Source: Candidatus Bathyarchaeota archaeon ex4484_135 (GTDB lineage Archaea; Thermoproteota; Bathyarchaeia; EX4484-135). Taken from it: a stretch of DNA of 24,000 nucleotides. The notes under the pieces are model-generated. The model did no database searches. It worked only from the letters and a program-made list of their open reading frames with translations, and was not told the origin of the DNA. The position numbers and the translations under genes were made by a program. The stretch is from positions 3,132 to 27,131 of the forward strand of contig NJEJ01000003.1 in the NCBI GenBank assembly GCA_002255025.1, given 5' to 3'. Positions 8,475-16,430 of the stretch are shown here, one piece after another. How positions within the stretch are numbered: position 1 is the first letter of the stretch; each line of letters starts with the position of its first letter.

Positions 8475-9755
8475 ATGTCGGTTAGGCCTTCCGTGTTGTT
8501 CGCATCGGTTGCCTCAAGGCTCCATTTAGACCGTGCGAGGGAGACATCCTTCAGGGCCTTCACGACCATGGAAGGCCTCGGCGTGAAGGTCATCGGTTCT
8601 CCCGGGCCCATCTTGACGGTAGAAGAACTATCTAAGGCTCTGTCGGAAGAAGCAGATCTTAAAATCGTGTTCGTGGCGAGCGGAGGGACATCAAGGATAC
8701 TCAGGGAAGCACTAAAAGGCCATGAGGCATGGCTTTGGGCCCATCCTCATGATAATAGCCTGCCCTCAGCCCTAAGTGCCAGGGAAAAACTACGTTCTTC
8801 TGGCTCCTGGAAATGCGAGCTTGTCTTCTCAAGCCCGGACGAGGTTCCACGTAAGATAATGGCAGAGGTAAGGGTCCTTAATGCCTTGTGCAAGCTTAAG
8901 GAAGCTGAGGTAGTAGCCTTCTGCTCGGAGAAAAAAGCAGGAAAAATAGATACCGTCCTGTCGAGCTTGCTAGGCCCGTGGAAGCCTGAGATCAGGAGGT
9001 TTGACGTGGCCGATCTGCTAAAGGCCCTCGAGAAGGCCAGGCCTCTCTCCGTGAGCGAGGCCATCTCCATACTTAAGGGCCTTGACTCCGAGAGTCCTAC
9101 GCCCGAGCTATCCCTGGGCTTCGCGAGAGGAGTCCAGATGGCCTTACTGATAGAAGAGCAATTCCTCAGCGGCCGTGAGAAGAGCATAGTGACCTTTGAC
9201 TGTTTTGATGTCATAGAAGACCTCGGCATAACGCCCTGCGTGGCCATAAGCCTACTGCTTGAACATGGCATAACGGCTGTCTGTGAGGCAGACCCGGCCT
9301 CCATGGTCCTGATGGCCTTGTGCCATTATCTCTCAGGCGAGCCCCCCTGGATGGCCAATTTAGCGAGCTACGACCCGGCCTCTAACACGCTCACGCTGGC
9401 CCACTGCACGGCCTGCCCGTCCCTTTCCTCGGCCTGGCCCTACAGGGGCCACTTCATGGAGCATTTTGAGTCGGGAAAGCCTGCTGCCTTAGACATATGG
9501 TTGAGGAGGGGGCCCGTCGTCCTAGCCAGCCTCCAGCCCGGCAGGAAGAAGCTCGTCTTGGCCAGGGGCAAGGTCCTCGACTCGGGCATGGGGGAGGAAG
9601 GCATGTGCAGGACGCAGGCCCTGGTGGAACTCAAGGGCAATATAAGGGCCTTCATAGAGGAAACAGGCAATCACCACGTCCTGACTTACTCAGACATCTA
9701 CGAGGAGCTGGCCAGGGCAGGCCGCAGGCTCGGCCTTGAAGTAGTGGCTTATTGA
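8475..9755 (+). CDS. L-fucose/L-arabinose isomerase-like fold protein (FucI-like), substrate unknown
   Basis: C-terminal half carries VTFDCFDVI...GITPCVAISLLLEHGITAVCEADPASMVLMALCHYLSGEPPWMANLASYDPASNTLTLAHCTACPSL, resembling archaeal fucose isomerase-related proteins. Family assigned from motif memory only. Confidence 0.6.
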   Translation: MSVRPSVLFASVASRLHLDRARETSFRAFTTMEGLGVKVIGSPGPILTVEELSKALSEEADLKIVFVASGGTSRILREALKGHEAWLWAHPHDNSLPSALSAREKLRSSGSWKCELVFSSPDEVPRKIMAEVRVLNALCKLKEAEVVAFCSEKKAGKIDTVLSSLLGPWKPEIRRFDVADLLKALEKARPLSVSEAISILKGLDSESPTPELSLGFARGVQMALLIEEQFLSGREKSIVTFDCFDVIEDLGITPCVAISLLLEHGITAVCEADPASMVLMALCHYLSGEPPWMANLASYDPASNTLTLAHCTACPSLSSAWPYRGHFMEHFESGKPAALDIWLRRGPVVLASLQPGRKKLVLARGKVLDSGMGEEGMCRTQALVELKGNIRAFIEETGNHHVLTYSDIYEELARAGRRLGLEVVAY

Positions 9756-9835
9756 GGGCAAGCGACCCCTCAACACGCATGGTAAAAGTTTATTATCAAG
9801 GAGGCCCAGGGCCATGAGGCCGGAGGGATGAGGGG

Positions 9836-11491
9836 ATGGCATATCTGGCAGGCACCCCGGTCTTGATACTCAAGGAGGGCTCGACGAGACGTAGGGGACG
9901 TGAGGCCCAGAGGAACAACATAATGGCTGCCCGCATAATAGCCGAGGTACTGAGGTCAACGCTTGGCCCCAGGGGCATGGACAAGATGCTCATAGACAGC
10001 TTAGGCGACATAACCATAACGAACGATGGTGCTACCATACTGGATGAGGTAGAGGTCGAGCACCCGGCCGCCAAGATGATGGTCGAGGTAGCCAAGGCAC
10101 AGGACGACGAGGTCGGAGACGGCACTACCACAGCCGTTGTCCTGGCCGGCGAGCTCTTGAAGGAGGCCGAGGAACTCCTGCTCCAGAACATCCATCCGAC
10201 CATAATAGTAAGCGGCTTCAGGAAGGCTGCCCAGAAGGCCCGTGAGATACTGCACGAGATAGGCAAGGACGTGGACTTGGATGACCGCGAGACCCTGAAG
10301 AAGATAGTCATGACCAGCATGGCCAGCAAGGCCGTTGGAGGTGCCAAGGAGCACCTGGCCGAGATAGCCATAGATGCCATAAAGCAGATAATCGAGAAGA
10401 GGGGCGATAAGCTGGTCGCGGACGTAGATCAAATACAGGTCGTGAAGAAGGAGGGCAAGAGCCTCCTCGACAGCCAGCTCGTGAAGGGCGTCATAATAGA
10501 CAAAGAGGTCGTCCACCCAGGCATGCCCAAGCGTGTTGAGAACGCTAAGATAGCCCTCCTGAACTGCCCGCTCGAGATAGAGAAGACGGAGTTCGATGCC
10601 GAGATACGCATAAGGGCCCCCGAGCAGATGAAGGCCTTCCTCGACCAGGAGATGAAGATACTGAAGAGCATGGTGGAGAAGATAAAGAAGGCCGGTGCCA
10701 ACGTGGTGTTCTGCCAGAAGGGCATAGATGACGTAGCCCAGCACTTCTTGGCCAAGGAAGGCATCTTGGCCGTGAGGCGTGTGAAGAAGTCCGATATGGA
10801 GAAGCTGGCCAGAGCCACGGGTGCTAGGATCGTGACGAACTTGGACGACCTTAAGCCTGAAGACCTTGGCGAGGCCGAGCTCGTTGAAGAACGCAAGATA
10901 GGCGAGGACAAGATGGTCTTCGTGGAAGGCTGCAAGGACCCGAAGAGCGTGGCCATACTCATAAGGGGCGGTCTCGAACGCATGGTCGACGAGGCCGAGA
11001 GAGCCATCCACGATGCCCTTTGTGTCCTGTCCGATATAGTGGAGTGCCCGAAGGTAGTTGGGGGCGGTGGTGCTGCTGAGGCTGAGCTGGCCAAGAGGCT
11101 GAGGCAGTATGCCACCGAGCTCGGCGGCCGTGCCCAGATGGCTGTTGAGGCCTTCGCTAACGCCCTGGAGATAATACCGAAGACCCTGGCCGAGAACGCT
11201 GGCCTCGACCCGGTGGACGTTATGGTAGCCCTCAGGCACGCACACGCCGAGCCCGGCAAGGAGGGCTGGGGCGTGGATGTGTTCGAGACGGACTCGAAGA
11301 AGGCCGTTAAGGACATGTTCGAACTCGGCGTGCTGGACCCGGTCAGGGTGAAGGAGCAGGCCATAAAGGCCGCGACCGAAGTAGCCTGTATGATACTGCG
11401 TATAGACGACGTCATAGCGGCCGGCAAGATGAAGGAGGAAGAGGAGAAGGAAGGCGGCGGAGAGGAGACAGAAGGGATCTCCGAGTTCTGA
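9836..11491 (+). CDS. Thermosome (group II chaperonin) subunit
   Basis: [95 protein letters not shown], a near-textbook thermosome N-terminus, with TCP-1 motifs throughout. Confidence 0.98.
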   Translation: MAYLAGTPVLILKEGSTRRRGREAQRNNIMAARIIAEVLRSTLGPRGMDKMLIDSLGDITITNDGATILDEVEVEHPAAKMMVEVAKAQDDEVGDGTTTAVVLAGELLKEAEELLLQNIHPTIIVSGFRKAAQKAREILHEIGKDVDLDDRETLKKIVMTSMASKAVGGAKEHLAEIAIDAIKQIIEKRGDKLVADVDQIQVVKKEGKSLLDSQLVKGVIIDKEVVHPGMPKRVENAKIALLNCPLEIEKTEFDAEIRIRAPEQMKAFLDQEMKILKSMVEKIKKAGANVVFCQKGIDDVAQHFLAKEGILAVRRVKKSDMEKLARATGARIVTNLDDLKPEDLGEAELVEERKIGEDKMVFVEGCKDPKSVAILIRGGLERMVDEAERAIHDALCVLSDIVECPKVVGGGGAAEAELAKRLRQYATELGGRAQMAVEAFANALEIIPKTLAENAGLDPVDVMVALRHAHAEPGKEGWGVDVFETDSKKAVKDMFELGVLDPVRVKEQAIKAATEVACMILRIDDVIAAGKMKEEEEKEGGGEETEGISEF

Positions 11492-11569
11492 ACGCCCAAG
11501 CACCCTCGAATACCTTTTATCTTGCTAACTGAGGCCAGGCCCATTTATGTACGTGTCGAACAAAACGCA

Positions 11570-11578
11570 AGAGTTATA
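11570..11578 (+). promoter_or_regulatory. Putative TATA box of the tRNA-Glu gene
   Basis: gttatatgc about 40 nt upstream of the mature tRNA 5' end. Confidence 0.45.
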
Positions 11579-11612
11579 TGCCCCCTTCCCAGGCCCTACC
11601 CATGGGACCAGA

Positions 11613-11689
11613 GCTCCGGTGGTGTAGCCCGGAAGCATGGCGGCCTCTCGAGCCGCAGGTCCCGGGTTCAAATCCCGGCCGGAGCACCA
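11613..11689 (+). tRNA. tRNA-Glu (anticodon CTC), CCA encoded
   Basis: Hand-folded: acceptor GCTCCGG/CCGGAGC, D-stem GTGT/GCAT, anticodon stem GCGGC/GCCGC with loop CTCTCGA, T-arm CCGGG-TTCAAAT-CCCGG, discriminator A, CCA. Confidence 0.95.
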
Positions 11690-11795
11690 ATCTCCCATCT
11701 GCCCCCACACGACCTCTCCCAATATCCTTAGTTTAAAAATGACTTTGTGACTCTCAAAAACCGGCAAAGGGCATGTGTAGCTAAAAATCGCCTCT

Positions 11796-12413
11796 TCACC
11801 TAAGCAAATGCCAGAGAGCTAAGTCCGCATAAGGCCACTCCTCAGGGGTAAACATCTGCGGTGTTAAGTTAAATTGTCGTAACCGATCCACAAATGTTTG
11901 AGGTATGCTTATTATGCTAGCTGGAGGCATAGGATAACACCAGACCCGGTGAAGTTCGCAAATGAACCAAAAGGCAGTCTGTGGCCCAAAGCCAGGGCTT
12001 CCTAGTAATTGATTATAGAAATGCGCAATGTTACTGCTTAGATTTGGATCGGGGTGCCCCCGTCTTTTAGTTAGAACCTGGTAGTTAGTTGCAATTCTAA
12101 TAGCTGATTCTAGCGCCAATCTTTCGTTACGGCCTAATGCCAGGTTCCTTATAAGGGTATTAAACGCACCTTGTTGGAGTTTCTGCTTAAGAAAGGCAAA
12201 TAATGATTGTTTTGCCTTAGCGGCTCTGAATCGTAATTCATATAGTTTCCAGTTCGCGTAATCATCTCCAAGGTTTCCCGTAGTCAGAGAAACGAATACA
12301 AGGCATTCAAATGGGGACTCCCAGGTTATTTGTTTTGCCAACACTTCACCTAAAGTTACTAGAAGCTTCTTTAACAGAGACACGGGTACGTTCACTCTAG
12401 GGACCTGCGACAT
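11796..12413 (-). CDS. Hypothetical protein; weak resemblance of C-terminal part to helix-hairpin-helix DNA glycosylases
   Basis: 205-aa ORF, ATG start, with a TATA-like cttaaaatc on the - strand upstream. Visibly lower GC than neighbours. The segment HFYNQLLGSPGFGPQTAFWFICELHRV is HhH-like by eye and PEEWPYADLALWHLL resembles an archaeal Ogg-type terminus. Functional call is weak. Confidence 0.5.
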   Translation of the reverse strand: MSQVPRVNVPVSLLKKLLVTLGEVLAKQITWESPFECLVFVSLTTGNLGDDYANWKLYELRFRAAKAKQSLFAFLKQKLQQGAFNTLIRNLALGRNERLALESAIRIATNYQVLTKRRGHPDPNLSSNIAHFYNQLLGSPGFGPQTAFWFICELHRVWCYPMPPASIISIPQTFVDRLRQFNLTPQMFTPEEWPYADLALWHLLR

Positions 12414-12504
12414 TATGCATCCCTCTGAAGATTCTCCTCATTAAACGATTTTAAGCCCCATCCGCTCACAGATGGTCCCCCAGAAGATGGTTTAGCAGCC
12501 GTTT

Positions 12505-13134
12505 ATGAGCCCTGCGGCCTTAAGGCCTTCGATGAAGGAGGAGCTGGACGAGAAGGAATCGGAAATCCTAGGTATAATGTTCGGCGATGGCTCGGTCCGC
12601 CCGACCTTGAGGTCCCTCAAGATAGAGGTGTCAGGGCACAAGGTGGATGACAGAGATTACCTGCTGGGCCATGTAAGCGGCCTTTTCAGGGAGGTCTTCG
12701 GCCTCAAGATGCGGCCTTACTACAGGAGGAAGGAGAACTCCATGGTCATATATGCTTATTCTCAGCAGGTCGGGCTAGAACTTCACGAGTGGGGAATGCC
12801 CATAGGCTCTAAGGTGCGGGCCATCTTAGTCCCGAGGGTTTCCGTCAAGACCGTGCCGTTCATCAGAGGCCTCTTCGACACGGATGGCTGCATCTACAGG
12901 AAGTATGGCCCCTACGCACAGGTCCAGTTCAAGAGTGCCTCCAGGGATCTCATGAATTACGCCAGGGGGTTGTTAGTATCCTTGGGCTTCAGGCCGACTG
13001 CCGTAATCAAGGACGAGAGCCGCTTTAAGTTCTACATATGTCGTCAGGTGGAGGTCGTGAGGTTCATTAGGGTCATCAGGCCAGCTAACAAGAAGCACAT
13101 GGAGCGTTTTAAGGCCGTACTAAAGGGCTTCTGA
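12505..13134 (+). CDS. Free-standing LAGLIDADG-type homing endonuclease-like protein
   Basis: Two LAGLIDADG-like motifs: SEILGIMFGDGSV and VPFIRGLFDTDGCIY, separated by about 100 aa. Alternative ATG start at 12532 (MKEELDEKESEILG). Confidence 0.8.
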   Translation: MSPAALRPSMKEELDEKESEILGIMFGDGSVRPTLRSLKIEVSGHKVDDRDYLLGHVSGLFREVFGLKMRPYYRRKENSMVIYAYSQQVGLELHEWGMPIGSKVRAILVPRVSVKTVPFIRGLFDTDGCIYRKYGPYAQVQFKSASRDLMNYARGLLVSLGFRPTAVIKDESRFKFYICRQVEVVRFIRVIRPANKKHMERFKAVLKGF

Positions 13135-13197
13135 GGAAGCCGAAATCTTAAAATACCCTCCTTTAGCTCTCAAGCCCGCAGGAGACAGTTGGGAAAG

Positions 13198-13333
13198 GGG
13201 GCCGTGGCCCAGCCAGGAAGGGCGGCGGGCTCCAGAGCACTACGGGTTCGCTCGACCCGCTCGTGCGGGGATGAAGAAGCTCTGGAGCGGAGGAACCCGT
13301 AGGTCCGGGGTTCAAATCCCCGCGGCCCCACCA
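13198..13333 (+). tRNA. tRNA-Trp (anticodon CCA) with an intron, CCA encoded
   Basis: Acceptor GGGGCCG/CGGCCCC, D-stem GCCC/GGGC, anticodon stem GCGGG/CCCGT (with G-U), spliced loop CTCCAGA, variable AGGTC, T-arm CGGGG-TTCAAAT-CCCCG. Exons 13198-13235 and 13295-13330. Confidence 0.92.
13236..13294 (+). other. Archaeal tRNA intron (59 nt) at canonical position 37/38 in tRNA-Trp
   Basis: Bulge-helix-bulge can be drawn: AG|A bulge, 4-bp central helix CTCC(13230-13233)/GGAG(13289-13292), then GA|A bulge next to the anticodon stem. Confidence 0.8.
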
Positions 13334-13365
13334 GGTCCGGGGTTCAAATCCCCGCGGCCCCACCA
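13301..13365 (+). repeat. Perfect tandem duplication of the tRNA-Trp 3' end (32-bp period)
   Basis: aggtccggggttcaaatccccgcggccccacc occurs at 13301-13332 and 13333-13364, followed by a terminal a. Each copy contains the T-arm, the 3' acceptor strand and CCA. Confidence 0.97.
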
Positions 13366-13369
13366 CAGG

Positions 13370-13379
13370 TTTTTAATTC
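13370..13379 (+). promoter_or_regulatory. Putative TATA box for the TauE/SafE gene, immediately after the duplicated tRNA end
   Basis: tttttaattc about 35 nt before the ATG at 13409. Confidence 0.45.
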
Positions 13380-13408
13380 GGCCAGCCCATTTAGCTCGGG
13401 CCGCCGAG

Positions 13409-14269
13409 ATGGCATGGATCAGCCTTATCCTGCTGTTCCTGCTGGGCCTCTCGGTCACTACGCTGGCCTCTATGGTGGGCCTGGCCGGCGGGACGGTGAT
13501 CTCGCCCGTGCTTATAATGGGCTTTGGCCTCGAGCCGAGGTTCGCCATAGGGGCCACGGTGCTGTCCGTTTTCCTAGCCATTATATCGGCTTCTCTGGCC
13601 TACATGAGGGAGGGCAGGGTTGATTACAAGCTGGCTTTGCTCTTCGATGCCTTGGATGTGGCCGGCGTGGCTGTAGGTGCTTACGCCACGGTGGTCCTTA
13701 GGCCCGAGTTGTTGGCCCTGGCCCTTGGGGTCTTCTTGCTCTACTCGGGCCTCAGGAACATTAGGAGGGCCATCTGGGGTACCGGCTGGGATGGGCCTGT
13801 TACTGGAGTAGAGCGGGGGAGAACTCTCTGGACTGGACACATCATTGATAGGGAAGGCCGTTGCTTTACTTATGCCCTGGGGCCGAGGGAAGTAGTCTTG
13901 GCTGTCGTGGGGAGTTTCTTCAGCGGCCTTGTCTCGGGCATGTTGGGCCTCGGTGGCGGGCTGGTTGACCTGTCCCTGATGTTGATGGTAGGCATACCCT
14001 TTGAGGTCGCCGTTGCAACGGCCACGTTCGGCATGCTGCTCACTAGGGCGAGCTCCATAGCGGCCCACGCCATCTTGGGCAACATAAGGCCGGACGTGGC
14101 CATCCCCTTAGGCGTGGGGGCTTTCCTCGGGGGCCAGATAGGGCCGAGGTTATCGGGGCGTGTGAGCCCTAGGCTGTTAAAGGCCTGTCTCTCGTTCTTG
14201 GCCTTCTTCTTAGGCCTGGCCCTCCTCCTGCAGGCCCTTAGGGCCCTGTTCATCGTTAGGCCCTGGTGA
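13409..14269 (+). CDS. TauE/SafE family sulfite/organosulfonate exporter-like membrane protein
   Basis: LILLFLLGLSVTTLASMVGLAGGTVISPVLIMGFGLEPRFAIGATVLSVFLA... and VVGSFFSGLVSGMLGLGGGLVDLSLMLMVGIPFEVAVATATFGML. The listed ORF begins at 13271 inside the tRNA; the start is corrected to the in-frame ATG at 13409. Confidence 0.85.
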   Translation: MAWISLILLFLLGLSVTTLASMVGLAGGTVISPVLIMGFGLEPRFAIGATVLSVFLAIISASLAYMREGRVDYKLALLFDALDVAGVAVGAYATVVLRPELLALALGVFLLYSGLRNIRRAIWGTGWDGPVTGVERGRTLWTGHIIDREGRCFTYALGPREVVLAVVGSFFSGLVSGMLGLGGGLVDLSLMLMVGIPFEVAVATATFGMLLTRASSIAAHAILGNIRPDVAIPLGVGAFLGGQIGPRLSGRVSPRLLKACLSFLAFFLGLALLLQALRALFIVRPW

Positions 14270-15498
14270 GGGTGGCCTTCTTATCCTGGCCCTGGCCAGG
14301 GATCTCGGAGGCCCCTGGGATGGGAGAACTCCTCATGACGCCTGGGCCAGTCATGCTCTCCTCAAGGGTCATAAGGGCCCTCTCTAGGCAGGCCTGTAGC
14401 CACGTGAGCCAGGAGTTCGCGGAGGCTCTGTCCGAGACGAGAGATATGCTGAAGGAGGTCTTCAGGACGTCTCATGACGTCGTCATAGCCCCTGGCTCGA
14501 GCTCGCTGGGCCTCGAAATGGCCATAGCGAACTCCGTGAGGCCCGGTGATAAAGTCATAGTGGTCTCCTCGGGCTACTTCTCGGACAGGATCGCCGAGGT
14601 AGTCAGGCGGCACAGGGGCATCCCGGTCTTAGTGGGCGGGGACCCGAGGAAGGGCGTAAGCGTCGAGGCCGTTGAAGAGGTCCGCGACAAGCACCCGGAT
14701 GCCGTGGCCCTGTGCGTCGTGCACGTGGAGACCTCGACGGGCGTGGTCAACTCGGTCGAGCGTATAGGCCGCCTGGCCCGGGAGGAAGGCCTGTTGCACA
14801 TAGTAGATGCGGTCTCATCCGTGGGAGGCATGGATGTCAGGACGGACGAATGGGGCATAGATTACTGCGTGGCCGGTCCTCAAAAGGCCCTCGCGGCCCC
14901 ACCTGGCCTGGCCCTCTTATCCGTGAGCCAGGAGGCACTTGATATGGCCAACTCCAGGCCTGAGGACCCGTTCACCTTCTACATGGACGTCAGGGGGTGG
15001 GTCAGGGCCATGAGGGACCCGTTCAAGCGTTACGTGACGCACGCGGTCCACCTGGTGTTCGCCCTGAAGGAGGCCTTGAGTGTAGTCCTTGAGGAGGGGC
15101 TGGAGAGGCGTTTCGAGAGGCATCGCCTCTTAGCTGAGGCCGTGCGGAGGGGCGTCAGGGCCTTAGGGCTCAAGCTGTTCCCTGAAGAAGGCCACGAAGC
15201 TGATACGCTCACGGCCATAGAAATGCCGGAGGGCATATCGAGCAGGGTGGTGGCCGAGCTGATGCTAGAGCGTGGCGTCAGGGTGGCACCTGGCTGGGGC
15301 GAATACGCTGAGCGTGTGTTGAGGATAGGGCACATGGGCAACATAGGAGCCGAGCACGTCCTAAGGACTCTCTCCTGCCTCGAGTCAGCCCTATCTGAGC
15401 TAGGCTTTGAGGCTGAGGGAGCCGTAAAGGAAGCTTCATCTTACCTCTCGGGATTCGACCAAGAGATATTGAAGCCGCCGGATGAGATACCGTGCTGA
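14266..15498 (+). CDS. Class V pyridoxal-phosphate aminotransferase (alanine/serine-glyoxylate aminotransferase-like)
   Basis: LLMTPGPVMLSSRVIRALSRQACSHVSQEF...CVVHVETSTGVVNSVERIGRLAREEGLLHIVDAVSSVGGMDVRTDEWGIDYCVAGPQKALAAPPGLALLSVS (PLP lysine in GPQKAL). A better start may be the ATG at 14320. Confidence 0.9.
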   Translation: MRVAFLSWPWPGISEAPGMGELLMTPGPVMLSSRVIRALSRQACSHVSQEFAEALSETRDMLKEVFRTSHDVVIAPGSSSLGLEMAIANSVRPGDKVIVVSSGYFSDRIAEVVRRHRGIPVLVGGDPRKGVSVEAVEEVRDKHPDAVALCVVHVETSTGVVNSVERIGRLAREEGLLHIVDAVSSVGGMDVRTDEWGIDYCVAGPQKALAAPPGLALLSVSQEALDMANSRPEDPFTFYMDVRGWVRAMRDPFKRYVTHAVHLVFALKEALSVVLEEGLERRFERHRLLAEAVRRGVRALGLKLFPEEGHEADTLTAIEMPEGISSRVVAELMLERGVRVAPGWGEYAERVLRIGHMGNIGAEHVLRTLSCLESALSELGFEAEGAVKEASSYLSGFDQEILKPPDEIPC

Positions 15499-16415
15499 GG
15501 GGATATGCTTTGGTCGAAAAAGAAGTCCTCCGTTCTAAGTTCGTGGGCAGCCTCCTCGGGACGGCGGTAGGCGATTCCCTAGGAGCCGGTAGATGGCTCA
15601 GGTCTGCTGGCCGTGAGCTATCGCCTTTCTACACGGACGACACCCACATGACCATAGGCGTGGCTGAATCGCTGGTGGATAAGAAGGGCTTCGATAAGGA
15701 CCACATGCTCGAGACCCTCGTGAGGAACTGGGAGCGTGAGCCTTGGAGGGGCTACGGCCCTGGCCCGCCCAGGATATTCGCGGCCTACAGGCGTGGCGAG
15801 GACCCATATGAGGTCGCGAGGAACCTCTACCCTGGCGGCTCCTACGGGAACGGAGCTGCCATGAGGGTCGCCCCAATAGCCTGCTTCTACTATGATGACT
15901 TAGACAGGTTAAAGGAGGTCGTTTATGAGGCGAGCAGCATAACACATGCCCATCCGCTTGGGAAGGAAGGGGCCTTCCTGCAGGCCTCGGCCATAGCCCT
16001 GGCCGTAAGGACCGAGCCGGGCCATCTGGACCCGTTTGATTTCGTTGAACAGCTCAGGGCCCTGATGGAGCATGACGTATATGTGAGGAAGCTAAATATC
16101 ATAAGGCGTTTCCTGAGTTCACGACCAACTAAATCCCAAGTCATAAGGGAGCTGGGGAACTCGGTTGAGGCCTTCAACTCGGTCCCGACAGCCATATACG
16201 CCTTCCTGGCTCACGACCAATTCGAATCAGCTCTTAGGTACGCGGTCAGCTTAGGAGGTGATTCGGACACGATAAGTGCTATGACGGGGGCCATAGCTGG
16301 TGCTTATCACGGCCGGGAGGCCATACCGGACCGTTGGCTGGCCGAATTGGAGAACAAAGATTACATAGAACATTTGGCTGTGAGGTTATGGAAGATTAAG
16401 GTAAAATGTCTTTAG
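15492..16415 (+). CDS. ADP-ribosylglycohydrolase (DraG/ARH3-like) family protein
   Basis: SKFVGSLLGTAVGDSLGAG, YTDDTHMTIGVAESL, GSYGNGAAMRVAPIACFY, SITHAHPLG, SLGGDSDTISAMTGAIAGAYHG. Start uncertain (GTG 15492 or TTG 15510). Confidence 0.9.
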   Translation: MLRGYALVEKEVLRSKFVGSLLGTAVGDSLGAGRWLRSAGRELSPFYTDDTHMTIGVAESLVDKKGFDKDHMLETLVRNWEREPWRGYGPGPPRIFAAYRRGEDPYEVARNLYPGGSYGNGAAMRVAPIACFYYDDLDRLKEVVYEASSITHAHPLGKEGAFLQASAIALAVRTEPGHLDPFDFVEQLRALMEHDVYVRKLNIIRRFLSSRPTKSQVIRELGNSVEAFNSVPTAIYAFLAHDQFESALRYAVSLGGDSDTISAMTGAIAGAYHGREAIPDRWLAELENKDYIEHLAVRLWKIKVKCL

Positions 16416-16430
16416 GCCTGGGAGGGGCCG

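Noticed and set aside
10001-11503. 500-aa minus-strand ORF (and 10429-11544 in another frame) opposite the thermosome gene
   Set aside because: The plus-strand thermosome protein is unmistakable. The antisense ORFs are low-complexity L/G/Y- or S/T-rich translations typical of shadow ORFs in high-GC coding sequence.
11661-11680. Similarity between the tRNA-Glu 3' region (gttcaaatcccgg) and the tRNA-Trp repeat as a long-range att pair
   Set aside because: The shared part is only the conserved T-arm consensus; acceptor stems differ, so the two tRNA ends are not copies of one att site.
13301-13365. Two 32-bp repeats as a possible CRISPR array fragment
   Set aside because: There is no spacer; the copies are directly tandem, and the sequence is clearly tRNA T-arm plus acceptor.
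13271-13408. 46-codon N-terminal extension of the TauE/SafE ORF
   Set aside because: It overlaps the tRNA-Trp intron and exon and the duplicated tRNA end. Hydrophobic protein sequence begins at the ATG at 13409 with a TATA box just upstream.
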